Assembly: GCA_018713865.1 (NCBI GenBank) | Contig: DVOD01000046.1 | Location: 249-64,248 of the forward strand | DNA length: 64,000 nucleotides | Direction: 5' to 3' | DNA from: Candidatus Limenecus avicola | GTDB taxonomy: Bacteria > Cyanobacteriota > Vampirovibrionia > Gastranaerophilales > Gastranaerophilaceae | Part shown: positions 10,001 to 21,009 of the stretch, piece by piece | Numbering within the stretch: the first letter of the stretch is position 1 | How the letters are laid out: every line of letters starts with the position of its first letter | Position numbers and translations under genes: made by a program | The notes under the pieces: generated by a model | The model's input: the letters and a program-made list of their open reading frames with translations, nothing else | Database searches by the model: none | Told to the model about the DNA's origin: nothing

Positions 10001-10928
10001 CCCAGCCGTAGCACTTGCGGCATACGCCGTATTCAAGAGCACATGTCAAAGCTGAACGAACTTTGAGCTCGTGAAGCTCGATTGAATCGATTTTTTTGAT
10101 ATCTTCTCTGTCCATTGTTGTGCCGGCAGGAACTACAACGTTTCCGTCAGCATCTTTAATGTCTTCAAAAATTGTTCTTCCAAGAAGTCTTTCTTTTAAC
10201 GGAGCAACAACTTTTTCACCATCTTTGATATCTGTCATTGTGATGAATTTTGTTGTATGACAGTCATCTTCTCTGATGATTACGTCTTGAGCAACGTCAA
10301 CCAGACGTCTTGTCAAATAACCTGAGTCAGCTGTTTTCAACGCTGTATCTACAAGACCTTTACGTGCACCGTAAGAAGAAATGATGTATTCGGTAACTGA
10401 CAAGCCTTCTTTAAAGTTTGATTTAATCGGCAAGTCGATGATTTGGCCTTGTGCGTCTGCCATCAAGCCACGCATACCAACCAGCTGTGATACCTGAGAA
10501 AGGTTACCTCTGGCTCCAGAGAATGCCATCATATATACCGGGTTCAATCTGTCGAAGTTTTCTACTACCTGTTCTGTTAATTTAGCTGTTGTTTCAGACC
10601 AGGTGTCAATAACTTTTGTATATCTTTCTACCTCTGTGATTTCACCTTTAAGGTAGCGGTTTGTAGATTTTTCGATTTCTGCTTCAGCTTCTGCCAAAAG
10701 CTCTTTTTTTACAGGAGGTACGCTCAAATCGCTGATTGAGATTGTTGTACCTGATAATGTAGCATATTTATAACCGAGGTTTTTCAAGCTGTTTGCGAGG
10801 TTAGCTGCTTTTGAGCCGCCGTACTCGAGGTAAACTTGAGCGAGAAGGTTATTCAATGCTTTTTTGTTCACAATCTGATTTATGAACTCCATTGTTTTTT
10901 TATTATGTTTTTGAATTAATGTATCCAT
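7092..10928 (-). CDS. rpoC2: DNA-directed RNA polymerase subunit beta-prime, C-terminal part (RpoC2)
   Basis: 1278 aa. Conserved beta-prime blocks are [48 protein letters not shown] and [17 protein letters not shown]. Own RBS (AAAGGGAAG) upstream. Lies directly downstream of rpoC1. Confidence 0.97.
   Translation of the reverse strand: [1278 protein letters not shown]
7931..9881 (-). other. Trigger-loop insertion of about 650 aa (SI3-like) within rpoC2
   Basis: By my residue count, MRTFHTGGV ends near aa 348 and [15 protein letters not shown] starts near aa 1004. In E. coli-type beta-prime these blocks are far closer. The insertion contains an acidic run, [25 protein letters not shown]. Confidence 0.7.
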
Positions 10929-10991
10929 TCTTTATACTTCCCTTTAGTTTGTATTTGTGTACTGCCAAGGTTTTGATTTATTTATCCTGAA

Positions 10992-12707
10992 CTAGGCAAG
11001 AGCTTTTCTTACTGTTTCATTGAAGATGATTCTTCCAACAGTAGTTTCGATTCTTTCGCCTTTTTCATCTCTTACAACGATTTTGTCGTGAAGGTCTATA
11101 ACTTTAGCTTCCAAAGCAGAGATTGCATCGGCAAAGCTGTAGAAGTAGCCTTTAATTTCGTCGTTGCCGTCATGATTTTTCAAGATAGTCAGGTAATACA
11201 TACCCAAAACCATATCCTGTGTAGGAGTGATGATAGGTTTACCTGTGGCAGGAGCGAGGATGTTGTTAGTAGCTAACATTAACATTCTTGCTTCTGTTTG
11301 AGCCTCAATTGACAGAGGTACGTGAACAGCCATCTGGTCACCGTCGAAGTCAGCGTTGAATGCTGTACAAACGAGCGGGTGAAGCTGGATTGCTCTACCT
11401 TCAACCAATTTAGGTTCAAACGCCTGAATACCCAGTCTGTGAAGTGTCGGGGCACGGTTAAGCATTACAGGGTGTCCGTCGATTACTTCTTCCAAGATAT
11501 CCCAAACTACGGGTTCAGAACGTTCTATTTTCTTTTTAGCAGATTTGATGTTTTGTACCAAACCGCGTTCGATTAATTTATTAACAACAAAAGGTTTGAA
11601 CAGCTCAATTGCCATTTCTTTAGGCAAACCGCACTGGTTCAACTCAAGGCTCGGGCCTACAACGATAACTGAACGGCCTGAGTAGTCAACACGTTTACCC
11701 AGCAAGTTTTGTCTGAAACGGCCCTGTTTACCTTCGATGATATTTGATAATGATTTTAACGGTCTGTTGTTAGGACCGACAACAGTTCTGCCTCTTCTGC
11801 CGTTGTCGATAAGAGCATCAACAGCTTCTTGAAGCATACGTTTTTCGTTTCTTACGATGATTTCGGGAGCGCCCATCTCAAGCAATCTCAACAAACGGTT
11901 GTTTCTGTTGATAACACGTCTGTAAAGGTCGTTTAAGTCAGATGTTGCAAAACGTCCGCCGTCCAATTGAACCATAGGTCTCAAGTCCGGAGGAGTAACA
12001 GGCAATACATCCATAATCATCCAGGTAGGTTCTGTATTTGAAGCAATTAATGATTCGATTAATCTTAATCTCTTAATTAATTTTGCTCTTTTTTGTACAG
12101 AGCCGCCTGCTTGAGCCAATTCGCCTCTGATTTCTTCAACGAGCTCCGTCATATTGATTTCGCCGAGAAGTTCTTTAATAGCTTCAGCACCGATACCAAC
12201 TTTCAAAGCAGATTCTTCATTTTCCATGATGAAGTCTTCGTATTCTTCTTCTGAAAGCAATTGATATTTTTTGAATCCTGAATCAGCAGGGTCGATTACA
12301 ACATAGTTGTTGAAATAAATAACCTGTTCAAGATCTTTTAAAGACATATCCAAAAGCAAGCCCAGATATGAAGGAATACCCTTCAAGAACCAGATGTGAG
12401 AAACAGGAGCAGCCAGTTTGATGTGGCCCATTCTGTGTCTTCTTACTTTTGAATCAGTAACTTCAACGCCGCAGCGTTCGCAGATGATACCTTTGTGTCT
12501 TACGCGTTTGTACTTACCGCAATAGCATTCCCAGTCCTTTGTAGGTCCAAAGATTCTTTCGCAGAACAAACCGTCTCTTTCAGGTTTCAATGTTCTATAG
12601 TTGATTGTTTCCGGTTTTGTAACTTCACCGTATGACCATTTCAGTATACGCTCCGGAGAAGCGATACTGATTCGTATATAGTCAAAATAATCTATACTTG
12701 TAGACAA
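10992..12707 (-). CDS. rpoC1: DNA-directed RNA polymerase subunit gamma, the N-terminal part of beta-prime (RpoC1)
   Basis: 571 aa. Zinc-binding [23 protein letters not shown] and the catalytic [12 protein letters not shown]. The ORF ends with a stop 63 nt before rpoC2. Confidence 0.97.
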   Translation of the reverse strand: MSTSIDYFDYIRISIASPERILKWSYGEVTKPETINYRTLKPERDGLFCERIFGPTKDWECYCGKYKRVRHKGIICERCGVEVTDSKVRRHRMGHIKLAAPVSHIWFLKGIPSYLGLLLDMSLKDLEQVIYFNNYVVIDPADSGFKKYQLLSEEEYEDFIMENEESALKVGIGAEAIKELLGEINMTELVEEIRGELAQAGGSVQKRAKLIKRLRLIESLIASNTEPTWMIMDVLPVTPPDLRPMVQLDGGRFATSDLNDLYRRVINRNNRLLRLLEMGAPEIIVRNEKRMLQEAVDALIDNGRRGRTVVGPNNRPLKSLSNIIEGKQGRFRQNLLGKRVDYSGRSVIVVGPSLELNQCGLPKEMAIELFKPFVVNKLIERGLVQNIKSAKKKIERSEPVVWDILEEVIDGHPVMLNRAPTLHRLGIQAFEPKLVEGRAIQLHPLVCTAFNADFDGDQMAVHVPLSIEAQTEARMLMLATNNILAPATGKPIITPTQDMVLGMYYLTILKNHDGNDEIKGYFYSFADAISALEAKVIDLHDKIVVRDEKGERIETTVGRIIFNETVRKALA

Positions 12708-12726
12708 TTTATTATCTCCTTATTAG

Positions 12727-15700
12727 TTATTCTTTAAATGATGTAGGCGTTTCAAAGAAGTTGATATTCAACAACTCTGAATCGATGTCAGATAATGTTC
12801 TTTTTGCAGATGATTTTCTTAAATCATCAGTGTCAGACATTAAGTCGACCTCTTCGCCGCCTTTTTTAGCAACGGTGATATCCAAACCGATTGATTGAAG
12901 TTCTCTTACGAGTACTTTAAACGATTCAGGAATACCAGGTCTTGGGATGTTGTCGCCTTTAACGATTGCTTCGTATGCTCTTGAACGTCCGTTAACATCG
13001 TCAGATTTGATTGTTAACATTTCTTGAAGAGTATAAGCAGCACCGTAAGCTTCTAATGCCCAAACCTCCATCTCACCGAATCTTTGGCCGCCGAATTGAG
13101 CTTTACCACCCAGAGGCTGTTGAGTTACGAGTGAGTATGGACCTGTGCTTCTTGCGTGAATTTTGTCATCTACAAGGTGAACAAGTTTCAATACATATGT
13201 CAAACCAACTGCAACCGGTCTGTCAAACGGCTCGCCGGTTCTACCGTCGATAAGTCTAACCTTACCGTCTTCGCCGACCCAGTCGATTCCCATTTTCTTA
13301 ATACCTTTAAGAAGCTCTTCTTTGGTAACTTTTTCAGACATACCGCCGCCGTACATTTCATCAAATGACGGTGCTTCGTAGTACTCTTTGTTCAAGTATG
13401 CAGCCATACCGAGCAAGTTTTCGTAAGTTTGGCCCACGTTCATACGAGAAGGTACACCCAGCGGGTTCAATACTACGTCAACAGGAGTACCGTCAGGCAA
13501 GAAAGGCATATCTTCTTTAGGTAAGATTCTTGAAACAATACCTTTGTTACCGTGACGACCTGAAAGTTTGTCACCAACAGATACTTTACGTTTTTGAGCA
13601 ATGTAAACTCTGATTACAGTGTTAGCTCCCGGTGGCAATTCATCACCTTTTTCACGGTCGAATACTTTAACGTCGACTACGCGGCCGCCTTCTCCGTGAG
13701 GAACTCTCAATGAGTTATCTTTTACGTCTCTTGCTTTTTCAGCAAAGATTGCTCTTAACAGTTTTTCTTCAGGCGGGTGTTCAGATTCACCTTTCGGTGT
13801 AACTTTACCTACCAGAATATCGTCTGCGTAAACTCTTGCACCGATTCTTACGATACCTCTTTCGTCTAAGTGACGTAAAGATTCTTCTGAAACGTTCGGA
13901 ACTTCTCTTGTGATTTCTTCCGGTCCGAGTTTAGTTTGACGAGCGTCTATTTCTAATTTTTCGATGTGTACTGAAGTGAAGATATCATCGTGAACGCATC
14001 TTTCTGAAAGCAAGATAGCATCCTCGTAGTTATAACCTTCCCAAGGCATATAAGCCAAAAGAACGTTCTTACCGAGTGAAAGCTCACCGCAGTGTGTAGA
14101 AGCACCGTCAGCAATTACGTCACCTGCTTTAACTTCGTCACCGTCTCTTACGATAGGCTTCTGGTTAATACAAGTATCCTGGTTGCTTCTTACATATTTC
14201 ATCAATTGATATCTGTGGAGTTTGTTGGCTTTGTCTCTGATGTAGATTTCTTCACCCACAACTTTTTCAACAACGCCGTCAACGTCAGATACAACAACCA
14301 TGCCGGAGTCTTTTGCAGCTCTCTTTTCAAGACCTGTACCAACAACAGGACGGTCTGTGATTAAAAGAGGTACTGATTGACGCTGCATGTTTGAACCCAT
14401 CAATGCACGGTTCGCGTCATCGTGCTCGATGAATGGAATCAATGAAGTCGCAACGGAGAAGATTTGAATCGGAGATACACCGATGTAGTCTACTCTGTTA
14501 CCTTCTGACATTGTAAACTCTGATCTGTAACGTACAGGTACGTATGGATATTTGATACTTCTGTCTTCGTTCAGCTCAAGGTCAGCAGGAGCGATACGGA
14601 GGTTGTCTTCTTCATCTGCAGTTAAGTAATGAACTTCATCTGTAACAACGCCGTCTTTAACAGCAAAGAACGGAGACTCGATAAAGCCATAGTCGTTAAC
14701 TTTAGCGTGAGTAGCCAAAGAACCGATAAGACCGGCGTTCGGACCTTCAGGAGTTTCAACCGGACAAATACGTCCATAGTGTGAAGGGTGGATGTCACGA
14801 ACAGCAAAACCGGCTCTTTCTCTAACCAAACCACCAGGTCCGAGAGCTGAGATACGTCTTTTGTGAGTCAACTCTGCCAACGGGTTAATCTGGTCCATTA
14901 ACTGAGACAACTGAGATGAACCGAAGAATTCTTTCAATGAAGCAACTAAAGGTTTAGTGTTCAAAAGGTTCAACGGTGTCAATGTGTCAGAGTCTTGAAG
15001 AGTCATTCTTTCTTTAACGATTCTTTCGATTCTTGAAAGACCAACTCTGAATTGGTTTTGCAACAATTCACCAACTGAACGGATTCTTCTGTTTCCGAGG
15101 TGGTCGATATCATCTACAGAACCTTCGTCATAAGTTAAGTTAATTAAGTATTCGATTGAAGCTACCAAGTCTTGAACAGTGATTGTTCTTTGAGTTTCTG
15201 GCAGGTTCAAACCGAGTTTTTTATTCAATTTGTAACGACCTACACGACCGATATCGTATTTCTTTTCATCAAAGAAACGAGCTTCTAAGATAGAACGTCC
15301 GCCAGCAGCAGAAGCGGGGTCGCCGGGTCTTAATTTTTTATAGATTTCGATTAAAGCATCATCAGTTGTCTCTGTAGTGTCTTTGTCCAGAGTCTTTTTC
15401 AAGAATTCTGCGTGAGTGAACAAAGTTTCCATTTCAGAAACAGTGATACCAAGAGCTTTCAACAATGTTGTAGCTAAGATTTTTCTATTTTTGTCAATCT
15501 TAACGTAGATGTTGTCATTAGCATCAGTTTCGATTTTTAACCATGCACCTCTGTTAGGAATAAGAGTTGCGTTATATAAACGCTTACCTGTCGGAGAGAT
15601 TTCACGTTTGAAATACACACCCGGAGAACGAACGATTTGAGAAACGATAACACGTTCTGCACCGTTTACAATGAATGTACCTTTGTCAGTCATTGTCGGG

Positions 15701-16041
15701 ATGTCGCCGATGTAAACTTCTTGTTCTTTAATTTCACCGGTGTCACGGTTAACAAGTCTTACCATAACACGGAGTTGTTTTGCATAAGTAGCGTCATGGA
15801 TGCGTGCTTCTTCAATCGTATACTTTGGATTGTCAAAAGTATAGTTTGGAAGGAAGTGCAATTCCAAACGACCTGTGTAGTCTTTGATAGGAGAGAACGA
15901 AAGTAACTCTTCCTTTAAGCCTTCTTTTAAAAACCATTCAAAAGAATTCTTTTGTACTTCAATAAGATCAGGTAAATCATCCAATCTGGTATTAGGGATA
16001 CCCATCGGTGTTACTCTGGTTGCTTGATTTGTTGTCGACAT
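12727..16041 (-). CDS. rpoB: DNA-directed RNA polymerase subunit beta
   Basis: 1104 aa. Rif-region-like [35 protein letters not shown]-terminal [27 protein letters not shown]. Confidence 0.98.
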   Translation of the reverse strand: MSTTNQATRVTPMGIPNTRLDDLPDLIEVQKNSFEWFLKEGLKEELLSFSPIKDYTGRLELHFLPNYTFDNPKYTIEEARIHDATYAKQLRVMVRLVNRDTGEIKEQEVYIGDIPTMTDKGTFIVNGAERVIVSQIVRSPGVYFKREISPTGKRLYNATLIPNRGAWLKIETDANDNIYVKIDKNRKILATTLLKALGITVSEMETLFTHAEFLKKTLDKDTTETTDDALIEIYKKLRPGDPASAAGGRSILEARFFDEKKYDIGRVGRYKLNKKLGLNLPETQRTITVQDLVASIEYLINLTYDEGSVDDIDHLGNRRIRSVGELLQNQFRVGLSRIERIVKERMTLQDSDTLTPLNLLNTKPLVASLKEFFGSSQLSQLMDQINPLAELTHKRRISALGPGGLVRERAGFAVRDIHPSHYGRICPVETPEGPNAGLIGSLATHAKVNDYGFIESPFFAVKDGVVTDEVHYLTADEEDNLRIAPADLELNEDRSIKYPYVPVRYRSEFTMSEGNRVDYIGVSPIQIFSVATSLIPFIEHDDANRALMGSNMQRQSVPLLITDRPVVGTGLEKRAAKDSGMVVVSDVDGVVEKVVGEEIYIRDKANKLHRYQLMKYVRSNQDTCINQKPIVRDGDEVKAGDVIADGASTHCGELSLGKNVLLAYMPWEGYNYEDAILLSERCVHDDIFTSVHIEKLEIDARQTKLGPEEITREVPNVSEESLRHLDERGIVRIGARVYADDILVGKVTPKGESEHPPEEKLLRAIFAEKARDVKDNSLRVPHGEGGRVVDVKVFDREKGDELPPGANTVIRVYIAQKRKVSVGDKLSGRHGNKGIVSRILPKEDMPFLPDGTPVDVVLNPLGVPSRMNVGQTYENLLGMAAYLNKEYYEAPSFDEMYGGGMSEKVTKEELLKGIKKMGIDWVGEDGKVRLIDGRTGEPFDRPVAVGLTYVLKLVHLVDDKIHARSTGPYSLVTQQPLGGKAQFGGQRFGEMEVWALEAYGAAYTLQEMLTIKSDDVNGRSRAYEAIVKGDNIPRPGIPESFKVLVRELQSIGLDITVAKKGGEEVDLMSDTDDLRKSSAKRTLSDIDSELLNINFFETPTSFKE

Positions 16042-16441
16042 TTATTTACCTCGCTAAATGTGGCGTACTACATTGTTTCTTGTGTAAACTGTTGTTATTA
16101 ATTTTTCGGACACAGAGGGGCTTTTGGCCGCTTCTGTTTATAAGATTTTGTAATTACAATACATTTTTACTCATATCTAACCATTATATAATCTTATTTG
16201 CTAAAACATGCCCGTCAAGAAAAACACCGTGTTTTTGGGCAATTCGTGAAATATTTTTTAACAATCGTACACAAAATTGTTACATTTGGATTCAAATGCT
16301 TGTTATAACTGGAAAAAACTGTCAAGTGCCGTTTTCTCAAATATGTAAATTGATTTTTAAAAGTTTAGACACAGGGGCAATGAAAAAAGTTTCAATTACT
16401 GTTCATAATTTTTATATTACTTAATACAGAAAGGAGTTTTT

Positions 16442-16723
16442 ATGGGCGTTAATGTTTTGGACAGAATATACAAAGCCTCGGAAATGAGCGGGGATATCAA
16501 AGATATTGTTGTTTTTACAGAAAGTTTTAAATGCTACGGAACAATTGTAAAAGACCACAAAGACAATCTTAAAGACATTTTGACTTTAAAAGATGCAACT
16601 ATCTGCCATCATTTTGATGAGTGCAGCTGCAATATAGAAAGCCCAAAGTATGAATGGCTCAACATCAATGAAGAAAAAATCATTGCGTTCAGCATACTGG
16701 GTTATATGACCTGCGAGAATTAA
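16442..16723 (+). CDS. Hypothetical 93-aa protein with a Cys/His cluster
   Basis: Strong RBS (AAAGGAG, then 5 nt, then ATG). CHHFDECSC cluster. No family recognised. Confidence 0.5.
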   Translation: MGVNVLDRIYKASEMSGDIKDIVVFTESFKCYGTIVKDHKDNLKDILTLKDATICHHFDECSCNIESPKYEWLNINEEKIIAFSILGYMTCEN

Positions 16724-16724
16724 A

Positions 16725-17543
16725 TTATTGCAACAAATCTAATACATATCTTTCGGAATTCATAACGGTCTTCATAACCTTGGCCATGAGTTCCATGGAA
16801 AACTGTGCTTTTTTTAAGTCAGTGATTGCTGAAATATAATCCGTATCTTGAATATCACTCAAAGATGCTGTTGTAGACATTATATTTGTCATCTGCTGAT
16901 TAATCGCACCTTCCAGTGAAGATTGGACAGCACCAATTTCCCCTCTTTTTGAGCCGATATCAGAAAGCATTGAATCTGCCTGTGCAAGAGAAGCTGCAGC
17001 TGCCTCCGGCGTAGAGACATCAAAATTCAAAGAATCAAGAGCCATGTTAGGGTCATATGATATAATTGAGGTAGAATCCGTACCCACCATAAAATCCGTA
17101 ACAGGAGCGGGGTTCGGATTTTCGGGTGTAACCGCGTTTATTGTTGGCTTCCCGTTGAATGTTGATTGACCGAGGGTTTGTTTTATCTGCTCAACATTTT
17201 GATCAATTTCTTGTTGTATCACTGCACGCTGAGAATCAGAATATATCCCGTTTGAAGCTTGTATGCTCAACTCTCTGATACGTTGAAGGCTTTCAGAAAC
17301 ATTCCCCAAAGCTGAGTCAGCCACTGCTGTAAAGTTGTACCCTGTTTGTGCATTTTCTATCGCTTTTTTTGCAGAGCGAATCGTAGTATCCAGGCCGGTT
17401 GCAACGTATTTATCCGCAGGATTGACATAACTATTTATGCCCGATGCAATACTTTCGGCCGCTTTTTCAAACGTCCGCTGAGCCTGCACCATGCCTGTCT
17501 GCGCAGAATATATACCTATTGGCATTACTACACTGAGTGACAC
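16725..17543 (-). CDS. Flagellin-family protein (FlgL / hook-associated-protein-3-like or a divergent flagellin)
   Basis: Flagellin N-domain block LGNVSESLQRIRELSIQASNGIYSDSQRAVIQQEIDQ. Flagellin-type C-terminal helix (DTDYISAITDLKKAQFSMELMAKV). The start is uncertain: GTG at 17543 or ATG at 17525. Confidence 0.7.
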   Translation of the reverse strand: MSLSVVMPIGIYSAQTGMVQAQRTFEKAAESIASGINSYVNPADKYVATGLDTTIRSAKKAIENAQTGYNFTAVADSALGNVSESLQRIRELSIQASNGIYSDSQRAVIQQEIDQNVEQIKQTLGQSTFNGKPTINAVTPENPNPAPVTDFMVGTDSTSIISYDPNMALDSLNFDVSTPEAAAASLAQADSMLSDIGSKRGEIGAVQSSLEGAINQQMTNIMSTTASLSDIQDTDYISAITDLKKAQFSMELMAKVMKTVMNSERYVLDLLQ

Positions 17544-17729
17544 TTTTTAATTCGCTTTCTTACAAAACTTTTATTATATACGCACAATCTGCTATAGTTT
17601 TTAGTCTATCCTTATTATGCCCTTATTTAAAAATTTTTAAGCAAAAATTTTTAATTTTTTTACAAATATTCATCACCTGATAATTTTGTAATAAAATTAA
17701 TTAATATAAGACTTTTTAAAGGTGAATTT

Positions 17730-19160
17730 ATGGACAGTATTAACAATAACTTACAAACTTTTCCGAGATTTCATTTTATTGCAATCGGCGGAATTGGAAT
17801 GAGCGGGTTGGCAAAATATTTGCTTGAGCTTGGTTGTGAAGTTTCAGGCTCTGATATAAAAGAAAGCAAATACACAAAAAAAGTGGAAGCGCTTGGAGCA
17901 AAGGTTTTTATAGGACACGATGCAAATTATATTCAGCCTGATATGATTGTTGTTGCGTCCACTGCAATAAAAGATGACAACCCCGAAAAAGTAAGGGCAA
18001 AAGCGCTTGGAATCGAAGTTCTTCACCGCTCGGACGTTTTAAAAATGATATCCGAAGGCCTTGGACGAAAAGATACAGAAAAACAACAGTTCATCGGCTT
18101 TTCTGGCACACACGGAAAAACAACAACAAGCGGATTGTGCTCATATGTTTTGGAGAAAGCAGGATACGAACCCTCTTACTGTGTAGGAGGAATCATTCCT
18201 GACCTTGACACAAATGCAAAATCCGGAAACGGAAAATACTTTGTGGCAGAGCTGGATGAATCAGACGGAACCATTGTAAAATATCACACAAACCTGAGCG
18301 TAATAAACAATTTAGAAGTAGACCACGTTGATTTTTACAAAAACGGTTTTGATGACCTTTTAAAAACTTTCCGTACCCATATTGATAACCGTGCTGAAGG
18401 AGGTAAGGTCATTGTTAACAAAGACTGCAACGGCATAAAAAAATTGATTGCGGCAAATCCTGACATTAAATTTATTACTTTCGGTATTGAAAGCGGTGGT
18501 GTAGACTATAGCGCAAGAAACATGAAATTCACAGAATTCGGCTCGGAGTTTGATATTTTTCACAGAGGCGAAAAAATCATTTCTTTAAAACTTACAATAC
18601 CGGGGAAACATAACATTTACAATGCACTGGCTGTTCTTTCTGCATTGAATGAAGAAGGCGTGGATTTGGAAAAAGTTAAGCCTCATTTTGAAACCTTCTC
18701 AGGTATGGGCAGAAGATTCCAAAAGGTGGCAGAATTTGACGGAATAAGAATCTTTGATGACTATGCACACCATCCCACCGAAATTAAAACAACACTGGAC
18801 AGTGCAAGGTTGTGCAACACAAACAGGCTCGTCGCAATATTTCAGCCACATAGATTTTCCCGTTTAAAAGGATTGTGGGACGATTTCACAAAAAGCTTTA
18901 CTGCTGTTGATAAGCTGATTGTTGTTGATGTTTATTCCGCATCGGAAGACGCGATTGAGGGAATCAACTCAAAAACATTTGCACAGAGTTTTCAAAACGA
19001 AGATGTTACCTATGTAGGCGGAAGTATGGAAAACGCTGCAAGAAAAATCCTTCCGCTTCTCAAATCCGGAGACATGGTAATAACTCTCGGAGCAGGTGAT
19101 GTCACAAGAATCGGCGGAGAATTGCAAAAGCTCCACGATGATACAAAAGCAGGTGTTTAA
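17730..19160 (+). CDS. murC: UDP-N-acetylmuramate--L-alanine ligase
   Basis: N-terminal FIAIGGIGMSGLAKYLLELGCEVSGSD, P-loop GTHGKTTT, Mur ligase C-terminal domain. Context murC-murB-ddl-ftsQ. Confidence 0.95.
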   Translation: MDSINNNLQTFPRFHFIAIGGIGMSGLAKYLLELGCEVSGSDIKESKYTKKVEALGAKVFIGHDANYIQPDMIVVASTAIKDDNPEKVRAKALGIEVLHRSDVLKMISEGLGRKDTEKQQFIGFSGTHGKTTTSGLCSYVLEKAGYEPSYCVGGIIPDLDTNAKSGNGKYFVAELDESDGTIVKYHTNLSVINNLEVDHVDFYKNGFDDLLKTFRTHIDNRAEGGKVIVNKDCNGIKKLIAANPDIKFITFGIESGGVDYSARNMKFTEFGSEFDIFHRGEKIISLKLTIPGKHNIYNALAVLSALNEEGVDLEKVKPHFETFSGMGRRFQKVAEFDGIRIFDDYAHHPTEIKTTLDSARLCNTNRLVAIFQPHRFSRLKGLWDDFTKSFTAVDKLIVVDVYSASEDAIEGINSKTFAQSFQNEDVTYVGGSMENAARKILPLLKSGDMVITLGAGDVTRIGGELQKLHDDTKAGV

Positions 19161-20069
19161 ATGACGTGTGAACCCATTGAAAATTACGAATTAAAAAAAC
19201 ATACCAGCTTCAAAATTGGAGGCTGTGCTAAGCGGGCATTTTTTCCGCAGAGCGTTGAGGAGTTTGTACAACTTTTAGATACACTCAAAAATCCTATTGT
19301 GTTAGGCAGTTGTTCAAATGTTTTAATTTCTTCACAGGGAATTAACGAAGATGTAATTATTACTTCTAAAATGAACGTGTTTGAGGTTGTAAACAATACA
19401 ATTACTGCGCAATGCGGGGTAAAAGTACCAATGCTTGCACGCGAAGCCGAACAAAATAACCTTAGCGGTTTTGAGTTTATGATAGGGTTCCCTGGTTCTG
19501 TGGGCGGAGCTGTCTACATGAACGCATCAGCACATTCACAGGCTATATCAGACACATTCAAAGTCGGTCGTGTTTTTGACACGGAAAGCAAAAAAGTTGT
19601 TGAGCTCAACAAAGACGAAATGAAATTTGGCTACAGAAGCTCCATTTTGCAAGAAGGCAGATATATTCTTCTGGATGCAAAATTTGAGCTTTTACCTGTT
19701 AACAAAGAAGAGATTTCTTCTATTATGAACAGAAATCTTGAATTTAGAAAAGGCAAACAGCCAAGCCTTGCAATGCCTAACGCAGGCAGCATTTTTAGAA
19801 ATCCGCCAAATGATTCTGCCGGCAGGCTGCTTGAAAAAGCAGGTGTAAAAGGACTAAAAGAAGGCGGCGCACAGGTATGGCTCGGACATGCAAATTTTAT
19901 TGTGAATATTGAAAACGCAACATCAAAAGATGTTTCAAAACTTATGAATAAAATGTATAATGAGGTAAAAGACAAATACACTATTAAGCTTGTACCTGAA
20001 GTAAAATATATAGGAATTAAGAGTAAAGAAGAAGAAGAATTATGGGATACGATGTTAAACAAAAAATAG
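19161..20069 (+). CDS. murB: UDP-N-acetylenolpyruvoylglucosamine reductase
   Basis: FAD-binding domain followed by the MurB C-terminal domain (NAGSIFRNPP ... AGRLLE ... GGAQVWLGHANFIVN). The start abuts the murC stop. Confidence 0.92.
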   Translation: MTCEPIENYELKKHTSFKIGGCAKRAFFPQSVEEFVQLLDTLKNPIVLGSCSNVLISSQGINEDVIITSKMNVFEVVNNTITAQCGVKVPMLAREAEQNNLSGFEFMIGFPGSVGGAVYMNASAHSQAISDTFKVGRVFDTESKKVVELNKDEMKFGYRSSILQEGRYILLDAKFELLPVNKEEISSIMNRNLEFRKGKQPSLAMPNAGSIFRNPPNDSAGRLLEKAGVKGLKEGGAQVWLGHANFIVNIENATSKDVSKLMNKMYNEVKDKYTIKLVPEVKYIGIKSKEEEELWDTMLNKK

Positions 20070-20992
20070 ATACAAATGCAAAAATAGCAGTGCTTATGGG
20101 CGGTCCGTCAAGCGAGGCTGAAATATCAAGACGTTCGGGTAAAAATGTTTTTAAAGCATTGCAAAATTTGGGCTACAAAAATGCAGAGCTTATAGAAGTG
20201 GATGAAAACATAGCTGCAACTTTAAGAACAAAGAATATTGAATTTGTATACAATGCAATGCACGGTCGTTTTGGAGAAGACGGCTGCATTCAGGGAATGC
20301 TCGAAGTTATGGGCATACCATACACAGGCTGCGGTGTTATGGCCAGTTCTGTATGTATGAATAAAGAATATACAAAAAACATTTTAAAAGAGGCGGGTAT
20401 TCCTCTTATTAAATCTGTGCTCATAAAAAAAGGCGAGGATTACAAAGAAAAAATAAAAGAGCTTAAATATCCGTTTATGCTCAAGCCCGTATCTGAAGGT
20501 TCCAGCATTGGAATGTATAAGGTTAATAATCCTGAAGAAATGGCAGAGTGCTTTGAAAAATCTGCAAAATACGGCCAGGATGTTATGGTAGAAGAATTTA
20601 TACAAGGCAAAGGGCTTACCGTTGGTGTTTTAGAAGACGGAGATATGATGTTTGCAACAGAGATTATTGAGTTCCGTACAAAAACAGAATGGTATGATTA
20701 CGAAGCAAAATATACTGCTGGGATGACTGAATTTATTATCCCCGCTGAATTGTCAGAAGAAATGACAAAAAAGGTAAAACAAATTGCTGTTGATGCGTTC
20801 AAAGCTTGTGATTGCAGAGGCGTCAGCAGAGTAGATTTTATGGTTGCAGATGACAAAGCATATGTGCTCGAAATCAACACAAGCCCGGGTATGACAGATT
20901 TGAGCGACCTTCCCGCGCAGTCTAATGCCATGGGAATAGATTATGATACACTTGTACAAATAATACTAAATGGCGCAGGTCTTAACAAATAA
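20042..20992 (+). CDS. ddl: D-alanine--D-alanine ligase
   Basis: IAVLMGGPSSEAEISRRSG N-terminus and ATP-grasp motifs ending in LEINTSPGMT. Overlaps the murB end by 28 nt. Confidence 0.93.
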   Translation: MGYDVKQKIDTNAKIAVLMGGPSSEAEISRRSGKNVFKALQNLGYKNAELIEVDENIAATLRTKNIEFVYNAMHGRFGEDGCIQGMLEVMGIPYTGCGVMASSVCMNKEYTKNILKEAGIPLIKSVLIKKGEDYKEKIKELKYPFMLKPVSEGSSIGMYKVNNPEEMAECFEKSAKYGQDVMVEEFIQGKGLTVGVLEDGDMMFATEIIEFRTKTEWYDYEAKYTAGMTEFIIPAELSEEMTKKVKQIAVDAFKACDCRGVSRVDFMVADDKAYVLEINTSPGMTDLSDLPAQSNAMGIDYDTLVQIILNGAGLNK

Positions 20993-21009
20993 GAATAAAA
21001 ATATTAGGG

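Noticed and set aside
7698-15906. Many 60-130-aa ORFs on the plus strand inside rpoC2, rpoC1 and rpoB (for example 7732-8019, 9409-9795, 11322-11576, 13011-13253, 14092-14364, 15637-15906).
   Set aside because: They are antisense to highly conserved RNAP genes and have low-complexity or Cys/Phe-rich translations with no RBS. These are typical shadow ORFs.
16008-16424. A 138-aa plus-strand ORF covering the 400-nt region upstream of rpoB.
   Set aside because: It overlaps the rpoB start in antisense. The translation is Leu/Phe/Cys-rich AT-driven noise with no RBS. The region is more likely the rpoB promoter and leader.
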